NCBI RefSeq assembly: GCF_001194135.2 | Contig: NC_068989.1 | Span: 95,005,249-95,069,248 of the forward strand | Direction of reading: 5' to 3' | DNA length: 64,000 bases | Source of the DNA: Octopus bimaculoides | Taxonomy: Eukaryota | In this document: positions 26,161 through 38,905 of the stretch, piece by piece | How positions within the stretch are numbered: position 1 is the first letter of the stretch | How the letters are laid out: each line of letters opens with the position of its first letter | Made by a program: the position numbers and the translations under genes | Notes under the pieces: generated by a model | What the model saw: only the letters and a program-made list of their open reading frames with translations | Database searches by the model: none | Told to the model about the DNA's origin: nothing

Positions 26161-26479
26161 AATAGAAAGAATTGGAGAAATAAAATAAAGATAAATACAA
26201 TACTTAAAAGATAAAGTTTCGATTGTACATTTCTTATCAAAAATCACCCGCAGCTCATTAACATAGGAGTCTTATCTACGATGCCATTTACTGTTGGTAT
26301 CTTCCTTATTCTTTTCTCAAATATCGTACGACTTATAAAACTGAACATAGTGGAAGGCAGTTCAAGCTGATCTATATTCACCTGGTTTTGCAGATAGGAA
26401 AAAGCATAAAGATTGAAAAGTGAGAGAAAGAAGGAGATAACCAAAAGAGAAAACTAGGATGAAAGAATGACATGGATGT

Positions 26480-26740
26480 ATGGGTTCACCCTTTCCTTCC
26501 CTCGATGCCAAAAGGTTGTCACTGACGGTGGACAGGACCCTTCCTGGGCCATCAAACGTTGCCTTCGCAGAGTCAGTCCTGCATCGCTATAAATTCAATG
26601 GTTCAGAACACCAATGTAAGAAATTTGAATATTTTGCTCTCCCTAATATTCGCTTAATTTGTGTTGGGAACGTTTGCTCCAGTCGCCTTAAAGGCTTCCA
26701 CGCTTCCTGTAAGTCTCGAGATATCGAAAACAATTACTAC
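26480..26740 (-). mobile_element. RTE-like LINE thumb-region fragment
   Basis: Minus RRLEQTFPTQIKRILG (cf. RRLEQFH.RCLRRILG), then LTLRRQRLM after a frameshift. Confidence 0.4.
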
Positions 26741-27026
26741 ATAAATATGTATTCGTAGAGAATTATCTAACTCTGATTTTCCTTTATGTAATTTATAATG
26801 CAATCTCTGATTTACATACTTTCCAAAGAAATCATGACTGGATCATTTTATTTCAGACGGTCAAAGTCAGATACGAACACATACATTTATATATATACAT
26901 TTTTGTATATATGAACAGAGAAACATATATTTATATACATGTGAGTATATAGATATACACATGTATATAGTACAAACATGTAACTCGGAACAGAAACTCT
27001 ATCCCAAATGTTGTCGTTCGAAAATC

Positions 27027-27392
27027 TTTAATCTTTCACCTGTTTCACTTATTAGACTGCGGCCATGCTGGGGCTCCACCTTGAATTTTTAGTTGAATGA
27101 ATCAACCCCAGTACTTACGTTTTTAAAGCCCGGTACTTATTCTATCAGTCTCTTTTGCCAAATCGCTAAGTTACGGGGAGATAAGTACACTAACACTGGT
27201 TATCAAGCGGTGGTGGAGGACAAACACAGACACACACACACACACACACACACACATATTTTCCATCCACCAAATCTCCTCACGCGGCTTTGGTCGGCCT
27301 GAGGCTACAGTAGAAGACAGTCGCCTAAATCACAGAGAATGACTCCGAAAGCATGCGGTTGGGGAGCGAGCTTCTTACCACGCAGCCAGGCC
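27027..27392 (-). mobile_element. SINE family A, near full length
   Basis: Reverse complement of head (CTTCTTACCACGCAGCC), GCTTTGGTCGGCCTGAGGCTACAGTAGAAGAC, internal (CA)n and tail (GACTGCGGCCATGCTGGGGC). Confidence 0.9.
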
Positions 27393-28170
27393 TTCACCTA
27401 TATGGAAACATATATATTTACATTTATGTTTGTATATAAATATACACGTGAACAGAATGCAAACATGTGACTCGGTACAGAAATTCTGTCACAAGTGACG
27501 CCGTTCGTAAGTACCATTTTGTTTCCCTTTTGTTTCTTTTATTCTTGGCAGTTTCTTTTATTTTGTTTCTGATCTTTCACCAATTGACCTCGTTGAAAGA
27601 TGCTTGCTGGAACACCAGGAAGGAAGAAACATTTGGCAGCACATTTGCCCATGATATATACAATAGGTTCAAATCCACAAGCACTTAGTCGCGGGGCAAA
27701 CTTCTCCTCCACTCAGTCAAGGCTGCACTCACGATATTTCTACGTATGTTTGCAATGCGGTCAAATACGTCAATAATACGTCAAATTTTACTTCGGTTTT
27801 ATACAGTAACAATACACGGATATGTTTTAAATAATAACTACTATCAAACAAATTATCTCATTCGTCTCTGTCCAAACTAAACTGCTTGCGACATCTCACG
27901 CTGAAATTATATTCTCTCCCGAAATATCGATAATATTCACATTTATTGCCAAACAGATAGATTGCAATAATCAGATACAGAAATAAAATTCTTCCAGTTC
28001 CTAAATATTCTCCATTAGAAACCATGTGATGTTATTAGATTTCTGGTGTGTTTTTACGATTCATTAAACTATGTTAGTGGTTGCCATGAAAAGTCAGGGT
28101 AATTGTAATCGAAATCAGGTTAGTGTACCATTTCCGTTGACAATTCATTAGATTTAGAACAAATTTTAAT

Positions 28171-28376
28171 CTTCTTTTATCTTTTATTCATTTCGGTCAT
28201 TGAACTGCGACCATGCTAGGGCACAGCTTGAAGTGTTTAGTCAGACAAATCGACCCGAATGCTAAAACTATAAAAACTGGTGCTTATTTCATCGGTCTCT
28301 ACACCGAACCGGTAGAAATGGGGGGGGGGGTAAACAAACCGAGACAAGTTGTCAAGCAGTGATGGCGACAAACACA
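28171..28376 (-). mobile_element. SINE family A tail fragment
   Basis: CTGCGACCATGCTAGGGCAC..CAAATCGACCC..TGGTGCTTATT. Confidence 0.7.
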
Positions 28377-28968
28377 ATCAAAAGCACACACAAACATGCA
28401 CATCAGATATGAAGACAATATTGCTGTACACTAAAAGCCAGTGTGACAGCCATACACTTTCTGCTGATTCAAACAATATAATTCGACGTTTTGTTGCAAT
28501 TCTACCCAACGTCTCGTGTTTAGCTCACGATTTACTTTCATTATCTCCTTGCTATAACTAACACATTTTACATAATCTTTATATTTCGGCGGAAAACTGT
28601 TTTATCACACGAGATCAATCAGCAATTTAATGTTTTATTTGTCGTCAACAGCTGAATTTTGCTTGCATCTGTTCTTTTCTTGTGACAGTCAACAGCTGGA
28701 TTATATCTCCATCTGTACTTATACCCCAGTTTCACACTGATAATTATTAACTGAATATTGCTCTGTCTGGTGCTTCCAGTTGGCGTCATCTAGAGGACTC
28801 CATTACATTGAACATTCTGGATAAATATCTCAATTGAGACACATTGACTCATTCTTCATAGAAATGTCGTTTGATGAAAAAGAAATATAAAAAGCAAGTG
28901 AATTGGTTGGTTATTCTTTAAGACATTTTGTTTATATTCTTGCAAATTAAATATCTTGCCACATTTGA

Positions 28969-29180
28969 AGGCGATGAGGTGGGAGAATCGTTAGCACACC
29001 GGGAAAACTGCTTAGCGACATTCTGTCCGTCTTCACGTTCTCAGTTCAAATCCACCGAGGCCCACTCTACCATTCATCATTTCGGGGTCGACACAATAAG
29101 AACCAATTGAACACAGGGGGTCGATGTAATCATCTGATCTCATCCCACAAAATTACTGGCCTTGTACCAAAATTTCAAAC
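28969..29180 (+). mobile_element. SINE family B
   Basis: AGAATCGTTAGCACACCGGG..CAGTTCAAATCC..GGGGTCGATGTAATC..GGCCTTGTACCAAAATTTCAAAC. Confidence 0.85.
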
Positions 29181-29868
29181 CGTTATTCTATCTCTGGTTC
29201 AAGAATCAATCGAACCAGTTAACATAACAATAAAAACATTGAAGTAACTGAATATGTGTCGTGTGAATATTTCACCCGTCTAGTGATTAGTTTGTCGGAT
29301 GCTTATAATCGGAGACTCTTTTATTCACAAGTGCATGACATAATTTAGGAAAAACAGAGAAGTGTCTATAATGTATTTCGTAGCGACAAAATGTGTCTGA
29401 AGTATTGAACCCAGAACGTTATTTTGATACTCAGCAAATATTGTTCCTCAGAAACACAATTTGTCCTTTAGTAAAGCAACAACCGAGTTTTTATCTGAAT
29501 AAGAAAAGAAAATTTATTACTTGTTTAGTGTTTAACAATACTTAATTGTGCTTCATAAATTAATTGTACATAAATATTAATTGTAGATGTTAAATCAAAA
29601 ATTAAATAACATCAAACATTTGGTAATCTGCTTACTATAACATTTTTGTAATGCATATTCGAATTTGAGTCGTCATTAGAAAAGACAGTACGAAATGGAA
29701 ACAATGTAACCAAAAGAAACCCAATGATTTCTATGCGTTGATTTTTGCAAAGCTATAACAGATGCCGGATTAGATTTATTGATTTTTCCAAATCCTATGA
29801 CGAGAGAACAATGTGAAGTCACGATTATCTGATTTCCAGTTACTATTTCCAACCAATTTACTCTGCAC

Positions 29869-29871
<3 letters not shown>

Positions 29872-29931
<60 letters not shown>
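29872..29931. repeat. (TC)n microsatellite
   Basis: Direct. Confidence 0.95.
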
Positions 29932-29934
<3 letters not shown>

Positions 29935-31680
29935 CCTCTTCCTCTTCCCTCTTCTCGTAAATATATAGATTGCCTTTATCGTGTACCTAATGACAACGAA
30001 AACACTGCATGCAAATGCAATGCTTTCTTTAAAACAAAGAAAAATACAAAACGAAATTGAAATTTTCCATCAAGAATTTTCTGTAAAGAAATTGCAAGAT
30101 ACTTGCAATAAATTCTGAAAGTGTACAAGAGCAAAACAGCAAACATATTTAGTTCCATGTCTTATATGTCTAACTGACTGCCAATCTATCATTTCTGGGA
30201 ATCTATCTTTTTGCTGCTCCCCAACCACCACCAAAACCAACGTATTTCAAATTTCTTCTTATCTCTTATATACTTTATCACTAGCTTAGTGCGCACGCGC
30301 ACGTGTATGTGCGTGTGTAAATGTATGTTTGTGTGTGGATGTGTGTGTGTGTGTAGTTTCTCAAATTCAATATATTGTTTTATATCTTTGCATTCTTGTA
30401 GTGAGATTTAACATTATAAATTGAATAATGCGATTAAACATATATAAACCAGTTAACACAAATAGAAAATATGGAAATCTTTTAAGATGCACTCACACAT
30501 ATATATACATACATATACTCATATATATACACACACACACGCGCGCGCATATACACATACACATACATATATATGTATACACACATACATATATTTCTAC
30601 ATAAATATACGTGTGTGTATGTGTGTGTCTCTTCATCTGCAATGCTTCCTAAGAGACTGGTGCACGCGTGCATATGAATAAGCGTTTCAGCCTCTCAGCA
30701 TGTGCCGCGCGTATATTTATATAAACATGTGGCTGTAAATCTCATTCCAGTCAAAGAAAGTTCTGCTATATTAACATGAAGCTCGATAGTTGAGAGGATC
30801 AGAATTGCCAGAATCGGTAATTTTGCATGACTTTACGTAATATATGATTATTAATGCAAATAAACAAATTTAATGAATTTTTAGCTTGATAGCCATTCAT
30901 TTCATGTTGCTTTGCTTATTGAATAAAGAAACGGTTTGCAAACTCCAGGTGGCAGAATAATTATGAAAGAGACGCGAAGAGAAATTATCTAATAAAACTA
31001 GAGATATCCAAGAGTATTTTATACAATACGCCATGCACGGGATTCCTACTACGCAAGGAAAACAATTAAGAGTATTTCCAAAAGAATAATAATATATGTT
31101 AATTTTATTTAATTATTAGAAAATCGTATATTGTTATTTAAATATCGGGAAAAAAATTGAGTCGTAGGGAATTATTGATTTTTCGAAATGGTTTGGGATT
31201 TTAAAAAATATTAAACACCGCTGTGATAAAGCAACATAAGCGACGAACATAAGGCTGAAGGGATCAGGAGAAGGTCTAACGTAAAAGTTCATACAAGTTT
31301 AATGACATGCGATCGTCTGTGATTGTCAGGTGGTTTCTCCAAGCATTCGCTAGGGAGAACAACGCATAACGTTTTGGAGAATATTCTTGTAAGGCGCGGA
31401 TAATGCATTATTTCTATGTATCGTTATCCAAGTAATAATACCAAGAGATAACTCAACCAGCCAGGAAGTTGTTACATGTTCGTTAAACCTCGTAGATATA
31501 GCAACCAAATTGCGCTCAAAACCCACCCCATTGTTTTACAGAAGGGTCGAATATTGAATGATTTAGTCTGGTATAATAAAAACGGAGATGGTCATTGATG
31601 GATTGAGCTTGATCATTGGTCTACTGCATCAAGAAAAACCTGCAATTATAGACCAACCAAGAGATACCATTTGTTAAGAG

Positions 31681-31717
<37 letters not shown>
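31681..31717. repeat. (CAT)n microsatellite
   Basis: Direct. Confidence 0.95.
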
Positions 31718-31720
<3 letters not shown>

Positions 31721-32335
31721 GTCGTATGACATACTCTACATTGGCGACCACATCCTTCTTCAGTAATAGAGTAAAAGTGATTGCTTTGCGAGTAAACGAA
31801 TATGGATAGACTTGGAAACGGATCTTCAATTGGTATTTTACATTACGGCCTCGGAAATATAAAAGGTAATGTCAAATCTCTGCAAGATTGTAATTCCGAC
31901 GCAAAGACTCAGAACAAATACCTGAAAACACTTACCTCTCCCTCTGTAACGATTCTGCCAAATACACACACTCTAATCGCCATAAATTAAATATATAATC
32001 ACGATGTTGTTGCAATCAGAGAGATGTGTCCAAGAGGTTGTATGGAAAGAGAAAGTAACTTTCTCAAAGAATTCACTTGCATCTGTGGTTTGCTGTTTAT
32101 CGGCACGAACCAAAATCACTGACGACACATGGAGTGAAGTTCAGTTTGTGCCGAAACAGCATAATAAAAGTACATCAGGCCAACTGAAGAGTACTTACGC
32201 CGCAGAGCCTTTGAAAATAACGGAAAATGAAATCTGTAAAAACGGACGAGATTTTCACGATTAAAACACTATTGGCTTGACGTGTATTTGATCATTTTTT
32301 TTATATATTAAATTCACAGTATAGACTTACAGATG

Positions 32336-32448
32336 AAGGCGTAGGTGGCTAGGATATTTTGCTCAGGATCATAATGTCGTGGGTTCATTTCCGCCACCTA
32401 GCAGTGCATTGTTTCCTTCAGCAAGACCCTTTATTCCACTTTGTTACA
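32336..32448 (+). mobile_element. SINE family C head fragment
   Basis: GGTCGTGGGTTCA-like B-box, TTTCCTTCAGCAAGACCCTTTATTCCAC. Confidence 0.55.
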
Positions 32449-32558
32449 GATTAATCAACTGAAAAATGAGAACCAGCTGAGTTGTAGAGCAGCTCTGTCT
32501 ACCCGACCTCCTCCAGTTGTTACAACTTGTTGTGGCGTTGGGTCAAAGGGAGGGAGAG

Positions 32559-32615
<57 letters not shown>

Positions 32616-33350
32616 TATGCCTACCCTTGACTACGTTGACACCTAAAACATTTAGTGAAACTGTGATAAAAGTCACCACGTTTTTAGAGTATTTAGTAAC
32701 GTTTGTCCATGTTCCAAGTAACAGGCAGCAAAACATGCAGCAATGAAGTGCTAGAAACGAGTAAACACACAAAGCTTCCCCTTAAAATATTTGTATCATT
32801 ATAGCAATGTTCGGAAAAACTATTATCGCCGTTACTTCATTGACAAAGACAAAACAGAATCGGAAGAGTGCCTTGCGGTGTTTACTTACATCCCTGAAGG
32901 AAGTGAACTTCCTCTTTAGTTATTTCAATAGCAAAATCATTTCTTCTAACCGAATTTATAACATTCAATCATCGCACCTGCTACATTTTCGCCAATTTTG
33001 AAACGCATTTACATACTGGAAATCCAATTGTTTCATTTATATGGAATTGTATACAGAATGCTCCCAGGGCATGTTCCAGTCACAGCAAAGATCAGTTCTG
33101 TTGAAAACTACAAGATTGAGGTTTTTTTCCATTCACAGCTATAAATGAAAATAACCATACATTTACAAAACTTGTTCATTCAACATTTCTTTCCGTCGCG
33201 AAGCCGCGATCTCTGTTTTGTTCTGCTTTGTTTTGGTCTTGATTTTTTTTTTTTCTTTAAGATTCCTTTTCTTGAATTCCCCGAAATCGAAACATTACTG
33301 ATTCCAGAAACCATTTTGTACACTCTATACTATTTTGCATTTATCCATGC

Positions 33351-33389
<39 letters not shown>

Positions 33390-33409
33390 CGGCGGTAGCG
33401 GCGGCGGTG
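33351..33409. repeat. (TAG)n followed by (GGC)n
   Basis: Direct. Confidence 0.9.
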
Positions 33410-33413
33410 GGGG

Positions 33414-33545
33414 GAGGGAGCTGACAGAATCGTTAGAGCATTGGGAGAGAATGCCTCGTGGCATTTGTTCCGGATGTTTCAGTAATGGTTTCAAACCCTG
33501 GTGAAGTTAGCTTTGCCTCTTTCATCGCTCCTGCGTCGATGAGAC
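33414..33545 (+). mobile_element. diverged SINE family B head
   Basis: GAGCTGACAGAATCGTTAG..CTTTGCCTCTTTCATC..GTCGAT. Confidence 0.55.
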
Positions 33546-33981
33546 AAAGTGTCAGCGACGAATTTACCAATCGATAAAAACCCTCGTTTTAAAACTGTGT
33601 CTAAATTATAAAGAATTATTATTTAGCGGAATTGTTAGGACGTTGGTGAAATGCTATCCAGTATGTCTTCCGGTTCATTTCGTTCCAGGTTCAATACCAT
33701 CGATCAAACCTGTCTTGTCAAAATCGCTCGCTTTGTGCCGGAATGAAAACCATCAAGTAGCAGTAATAGTCCAGAATAGATTTAGAATAGAGTTTTGAAT
33801 GCAATTAGTCTCAACTGCCTCGATTCTGAATAAACAAATGTTTTTTTCCCTCTGAGAATCAAGCTAAGAAAAGCAGTAATGTTCTCGGTCAACCGTATCC
33901 GACACGGCACAAAATGTCTTGTTAAAAGGAATAAAACTTGTTTTTAATGTGGACGTTTTATTGTTTCTCAAAACATGACTC

Positions 33982-34044
33982 TTCAAGACATTACAAGACA
34001 TTTCAAGACATTACAAGACATTACAAGACATTTCAAGACATTAC
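33982..34044. repeat. 10-bp tandem repeat T(A/T)CAAGACAT, ~6 copies
   Basis: Direct periodicity. Confidence 0.9.
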
Positions 34045-34306
34045 ACATGACAAAGGAGAGCGACGACATCGCGTACAGAAAGTAAAAAGCTTTAGAAGTC
34101 TAAATCAACAGATTTTAATGGCAGCCGTAAAGCTGTAACGCAAAATATACACCACGCACACATACATAAATGCGCACACATACACACACAGACACAGACA
34201 CGTGCGCGCATAGGCGCACGCACACATGCTCAGTGTAGATTGACTCAGAAAAGCTCAGAACAGTCCAAAACTATCAATTTTCTGTTGTCTTTCAACAACT
34301 ACTTAC

Positions 34307-34484
34307 AAGTTGAAATGAAAAAGAAAAGAGAAAACACAGTAAACTCCAAACAAGAAACATTCGTTGGAATCTCTTCATAAATTTTCCCCAAAATTAGTTT
34401 CTTCATTTCGTTTTCTCTTTGTCTTCTTTCGCTTTCTCTTTGTCTGCGAGTGAACTGAGAGAAGCTGATCAGTTCGTTTATAAA
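34307..34484 (-). promoter_or_regulatory. candidate TATA + initiator promoter and first exon (or an internal exon)
   Basis: Minus: TATAAA (34482-34477), TCAGTT (34458-34453), ATG at 34406, open frame MKKLILGK..FTVFSLFFFIST, donor GTAAGT at 34306. No homology recognised. Confidence 0.25.
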
Positions 34485-36075
34485 GGAGAAAAACACTTAA
34501 CTTCAGTTTTTTTTTTCTCTTTCATACATCATATCATTCCCTTTAGTACAGCCACTGGACAAAGAATATTTGGCTACCCTAGCTAGCATTGCCAAAATGA
34601 GAGATGAGGTAATTTTTAAGGTAAACTTCTAGCGAATGTTACAAGTGATAACAACGATTCAAGAGTTTTTTGGTGAAATTAGATGAATATTGAATCGTCG
34701 GATGCCACAGACTCTGACCTGGCAAAATGTATTTTGCTCTTGCTAGTCGTTTTGTGTGTCGACAGACAGAGCATCCTTTGTATTATATTTCTTGGTCGCT
34801 CCCATAAACCTCTAGAGCATGTGGCGAGTGACTTTCGACTGGCTGCATTGTTCTACTGTTGTAGCATGTCTGATAACATTCTAACCATCAATCACTGGTC
34901 TCATCTTTGAGGAGCCGTCCGGTAGTGAGATTTCGGACATCGTAATCTGTCCCACAATCAAGCAAAATAAATTAACAATCTTTACTTTAGTGAAAAAAAA
35001 TAATGATCAGCTTTGGTTAGTTTTCTTTTCTCATACAACCTCATAATATTGTAGCTTGCTATTCCCTTGTCCGATCTCCTACTTGGAACAAAGGTTAGTA
35101 TGCGTGTCAGTCTATGCGCCAGTATATATGAGTTGGTGAAATTCACTGTTTATATCTATGTATAATAGGTTTTCCAGTATATGTGTTTGTATATGCATAT
35201 ATGCACACAGACAAACTCACATGTTCACACATATACACATACACACACATACAAATACACATTCACGGATATACGTACACATATATCTACTTAGGTGTAC
35301 ATCAATACCTATATCTATACACACATATATACACACACTTTCTACATATCCACACACACATAAACATATTTAGATGCATATATACATAACGATATAGATA
35401 TACATATACACACGTACATACACTCATACATACACACACTCACACACATAGAAGGATTTATATTTATGATTGAGTGTATTTTTCTCTCTTTGTGTCTTGC
35501 GCCCTCCTTCATCCTTCGCCATTTCCATTGTTCTATTAGGTCTTAGATTAGAATCAATAAATGACAATTTAATATCGAATCGTTAATTGTAGGCCGAGTT
35601 TCAGAGTCATGTTCAAGTGTTTTACTAAGAAATGTGATGATGCCATGCAGGCGAAGAGTAAGAGGAGCTTTGAAAGGAAGCCCTGGAAATTGTGAGCCAC
35701 TTAAACTAACTGACAATTTCTTTTGACACTAGACACAATTATTACAAAGAGACGATTAGGAAAGCAAATGGCGGAATCATTGAGTGGAGTGAAAGAAATT
35801 ATTCTTCTTTTCAAACTTATTTCAACAAATTTTCTCCAATTATACTTTGTTCGTCCACTTTTCAATTACAGAGCATTATTTAGTACTCAGACAGACGAGG
35901 CCAAGAATTTGCTGCCGGCTTTCGCCTCCAGGATTGACGTTCGCCATATCGCCCTGTCGGAATCGCAATTTTTGTTATTATGTCTTGGAAAAAGGGAAAT
36001 TAACTTTTAATTGACAATATGGTATAAACCAATCAGAAGTTAGAGTCTACGGAAAAGCAACGGGGAAGACAACGG

Positions 36076-36076
<1 letters not shown>

Positions 36077-36125
<49 letters not shown>
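36077..36125. repeat. (GAT)n microsatellite
   Basis: Direct. Confidence 0.95.
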
Positions 36126-36126
<1 letters not shown>

Positions 36127-36184
36127 CGGGGGTGGGGTAGTGGTGGTGGTGGTTTCCAATTACATTCATTTAAAATTTTTTGTT

Positions 36185-36465
36185 TCTGATTTAGGCACAA
36201 GGCCAACAATTTTGAGGGGAAGGTGAGTAGTCAATACCCTCGACTTAGATAATTGATTTTTATGATATTTCCTTGACCTCTGAACGATGAAAAGCAAAGT
36301 GGACCTCAGCGGTATTTTAACACAGAAAGTAAAGAATCGGAGAAAATGCAGCAAGACATTTTGTTCCATCCTGGAAGAATTAAAGGCAAAGTCGAACCCA
36401 TTCAGAGACTCAGAACAAATGTCGCTAGGCTGTTTTTCCCTTGCGCTAACAATTCTGCCAGCGCA
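36185..36465 (-). mobile_element. SINE family B, diverged
   Basis: TTAGGCACAAGGCC..GATGAAAAGCAAAGTGGACCTC..CTAACAATTCTGCCAGC. Confidence 0.7.
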
Positions 36466-36480
36466 ATAATAACAATAATA

Positions 36481-36645
36481 ATGGTTTCAAATTTTGGCAA
36501 CAGACCACTAATTTCGGGGGAGGGTGTAACTTGATTACTTTGACGTTAGTGTTCAACTGGTACTTATTTTATCGACCACGAAAGGATGAAAGGTAAAGAC
36601 GACACCGGTAGTATTTGAACTCAGACGAAAATACGGACGAAAATA
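36481..36645 (-). mobile_element. SINE family B fragment
   Basis: GGTTTCAAATTTTGGC..CAACTGGTACTTATTTTATCGACC..GAAAGGATGAAAGG..TTTGAACTCAG. Confidence 0.8.
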
Positions 36646-36649
36646 TCAT

Positions 36650-36873
36650 GGAACCATTGTTGAAACATGTGAAGGAGTCCGGCGCCATTAAACCTGAAGA
36701 AAGAAAAACTTAAAGAGGGAAAGAACATAAAAAAAGAAAAGCATGGAAGGAGGAAAACACGTACGGTCAGTTTGCAAGAGATACGAACGCCAAGACAAGC
36801 ACAGAAGAGCGGTGGCTGTGGAAGACGAAAAGTGACCTGAAGACAGAGATAGAAGCTCTTATATGCGCAGCTA
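36650..36873 (+). mobile_element. Dong/R4 LINE C-terminal fragment
   Basis: WKEENTYGQFAR..WLWKTKSDLKTEIEALICAAKE (cf. WK.K.LHGQF..GDLK.ETEALI.AAQE). Confidence 0.7.

Positions 36874-36874
<1 letters not shown>

Positions 36875-36936
<62 letters not shown>
36875..36936. repeat. (GAAA)n microsatellite
   Basis: Direct. Confidence 0.95.
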
Positions 36937-37019
36937 CCATGTTTGCTTTAGCTCATCTACCAGTTTCCAATGAAATCTGTAAGTATAAGAACAGGAGTAT
37001 TGTAAATGAAATTCCATAA

Positions 37020-37780
37020 CTCCTATTTATGTCTGACGACGTTAACGCCTTTTCGCCAATAATAAACCAGATTAGATTCAGATATAAAATGCTGTGTGAT
37101 AACGATCAATCATGTTTTGTACATGGATGGCTTTGTGTTGTATGCAGCACATGATAACTGAAAACATTGCCAGATACGATCACAGGTCTGGTAGGGAAAT
37201 TGGCTTGGAGAAATGCACCAAGGTAACCTTGAGGAGAAGGAGCTTTAAAAAGAGACTATTATTGTGTAGATAAAGAAAGAGAAAGAAAAGAATAAGACTG
37301 CAGGCAGCTTTATATATATATATATATATATATACTAAGTAACCAACAAAGAGCACAGAGTGCAACATACACAAATGAAAGAAAGGTAATAAATATTCGA
37401 TGTGCTTTATATTAATCAGAGCTAAATACAAAAAGAAATAATATGTATTAATACTATAGCTGTTCCAGGAATAAATTATTGTTTTAATATTCTCAACCCG
37501 TTGTTAAGTGATTTAGGTAGGCTGAAGAGGAAAACAAGGAAAATAATGATTCCTATTGAATAAAACCCGCAGGAGCAGGTACAGAAAGATCATCAGGGGT
37601 GCAGTTAATTTGTTATTGCTTGCAACTAGAAAATTATCATAAAATATCTCATCTTCTGCCAGACTACAAAATGTCTCATAATCAACAAAACGAAGCCAAT
37701 GCAAACAGCTGCAATCTAGGAATAAAGTATAATAAATTATTTGTGTCTCCAGGGAATTCAACAAATATTTAGAAAAAAAG
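37020..37780 (+). mobile_element. Dong/R4 LINE RT5-to-thumb fragment, decayed
   Basis: INHVLYMDGFVLYA (cf. HLLYMDDLKLYA), IGLEKCTKV, SELNTK..INTIAVP, RLKRKTRKIM in collinear order. Confidence 0.65.
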
Positions 37781-38699
37781 GAAGAAAACGAGGTAACAAA
37801 AAAGAGAAACAACGTGGTGATCCCTTAACACGGCTGCTATTCACTGACTAAATCAGGTAAAAGAATAAAATAGTAAAAGAATACCCAAGACACATTGAGC
37901 AGCTGTGCAAGAAATAGAAGTAATAAAGACTCTCTATGAAGCTGGTTGCTCATCCGACTCATAATAATAGCTCGGCAAGAAGGAGTACGGGTACCGAAGA
38001 ATGAATATAAAGATTCGGCAAGAGACAGTAAAATGGAAAATAAACATATTTTATTGATTGCTTAACTGAAAAGTTCTGACCTAAAATTATGCTCTTACCT
38101 TTCGGAAATGTTCTTTGTTAATAATTTTATCCCATTTCCAGGACACGTTTTGATCATGTCTGATTATCTGAAAAGTTTATATCTAAGGGCAGACCTAAGT
38201 AAGATAATTTTAGTAAAACAGTTGCAGCTACTCATGCATTTAGCAGAGTCAGATAAAATGTATTTCTGCATTTAGATTTGCTTCCATCTTTTGCCCATTT
38301 GTCCGTAATATAAGGGCACTGCGCATGACTATTTTTACCACGGCCTTCAAGAATGGTAGGAGAAATTTTTAAAAATGATCCCTAAGCTGTATATCCATTT
38401 AAAAGCAAGCAAGAATCATGATGTAGCAATAGATAAAATGATGAATTATGTCCACCACCCAAGAATTCAGAGCCTGAAGAGATTTCTCAAGGTATTGTGT
38501 CCAACGCTCTACCGATTCCTTTGTACCAACCAAGAGCCATCGGTTGTTACTATATTACATCGACCTCCGAAAGAATGGTGGTCAAAAATTGATTTCAGCG
38601 AGATTTTGAACCCAAAGCGCTGAGATCCGGAACAAATATTTCAAAATAATTTGTCCTACACACTAACGTCTTTCAATTCACCATTCATTTGCGTTCGTG

Positions 38700-38905
38700 T
38701 GTGCATCGACTTTGTTTTTCCCTCATGACTTGGTCGATGAGGCCCATCAATATGAAAAACATGTGACCTCATTCCCTATTAAAGTCTCCTAAAGAATATT
38801 GGTCTGGAACCCAGACAAATTAAGAAAGCCACCAAAGTGACAGGCATGGCAAATGAAATCAACTCAAGATGACTATAGATAAGAAACTGCAAGTGGAACT
38901 CTTCT
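38700..38905 (+). mobile_element. possible Hero/R2-like restriction-like endonuclease C-terminal fragment
   Basis: PHDLVDEAHQYEK (cf. PWE..DEAHERK) and SLLKNIGLEPRQIKKA..EINSR*L*IRNCKW (cf. AERASRWLWIKR..W). Confidence 0.3.

Noticed and set aside
29240-29500. Strong minus-strand acceptor at ~29497
   Set aside because: All three frames stop within ~16 codons and there is no good donor.
32885-33140. Minus-strand exon candidates near GTAAGT donors
   Set aside because: Stops in compatible frames, or phases incompatible with the 34.3-kb candidate.
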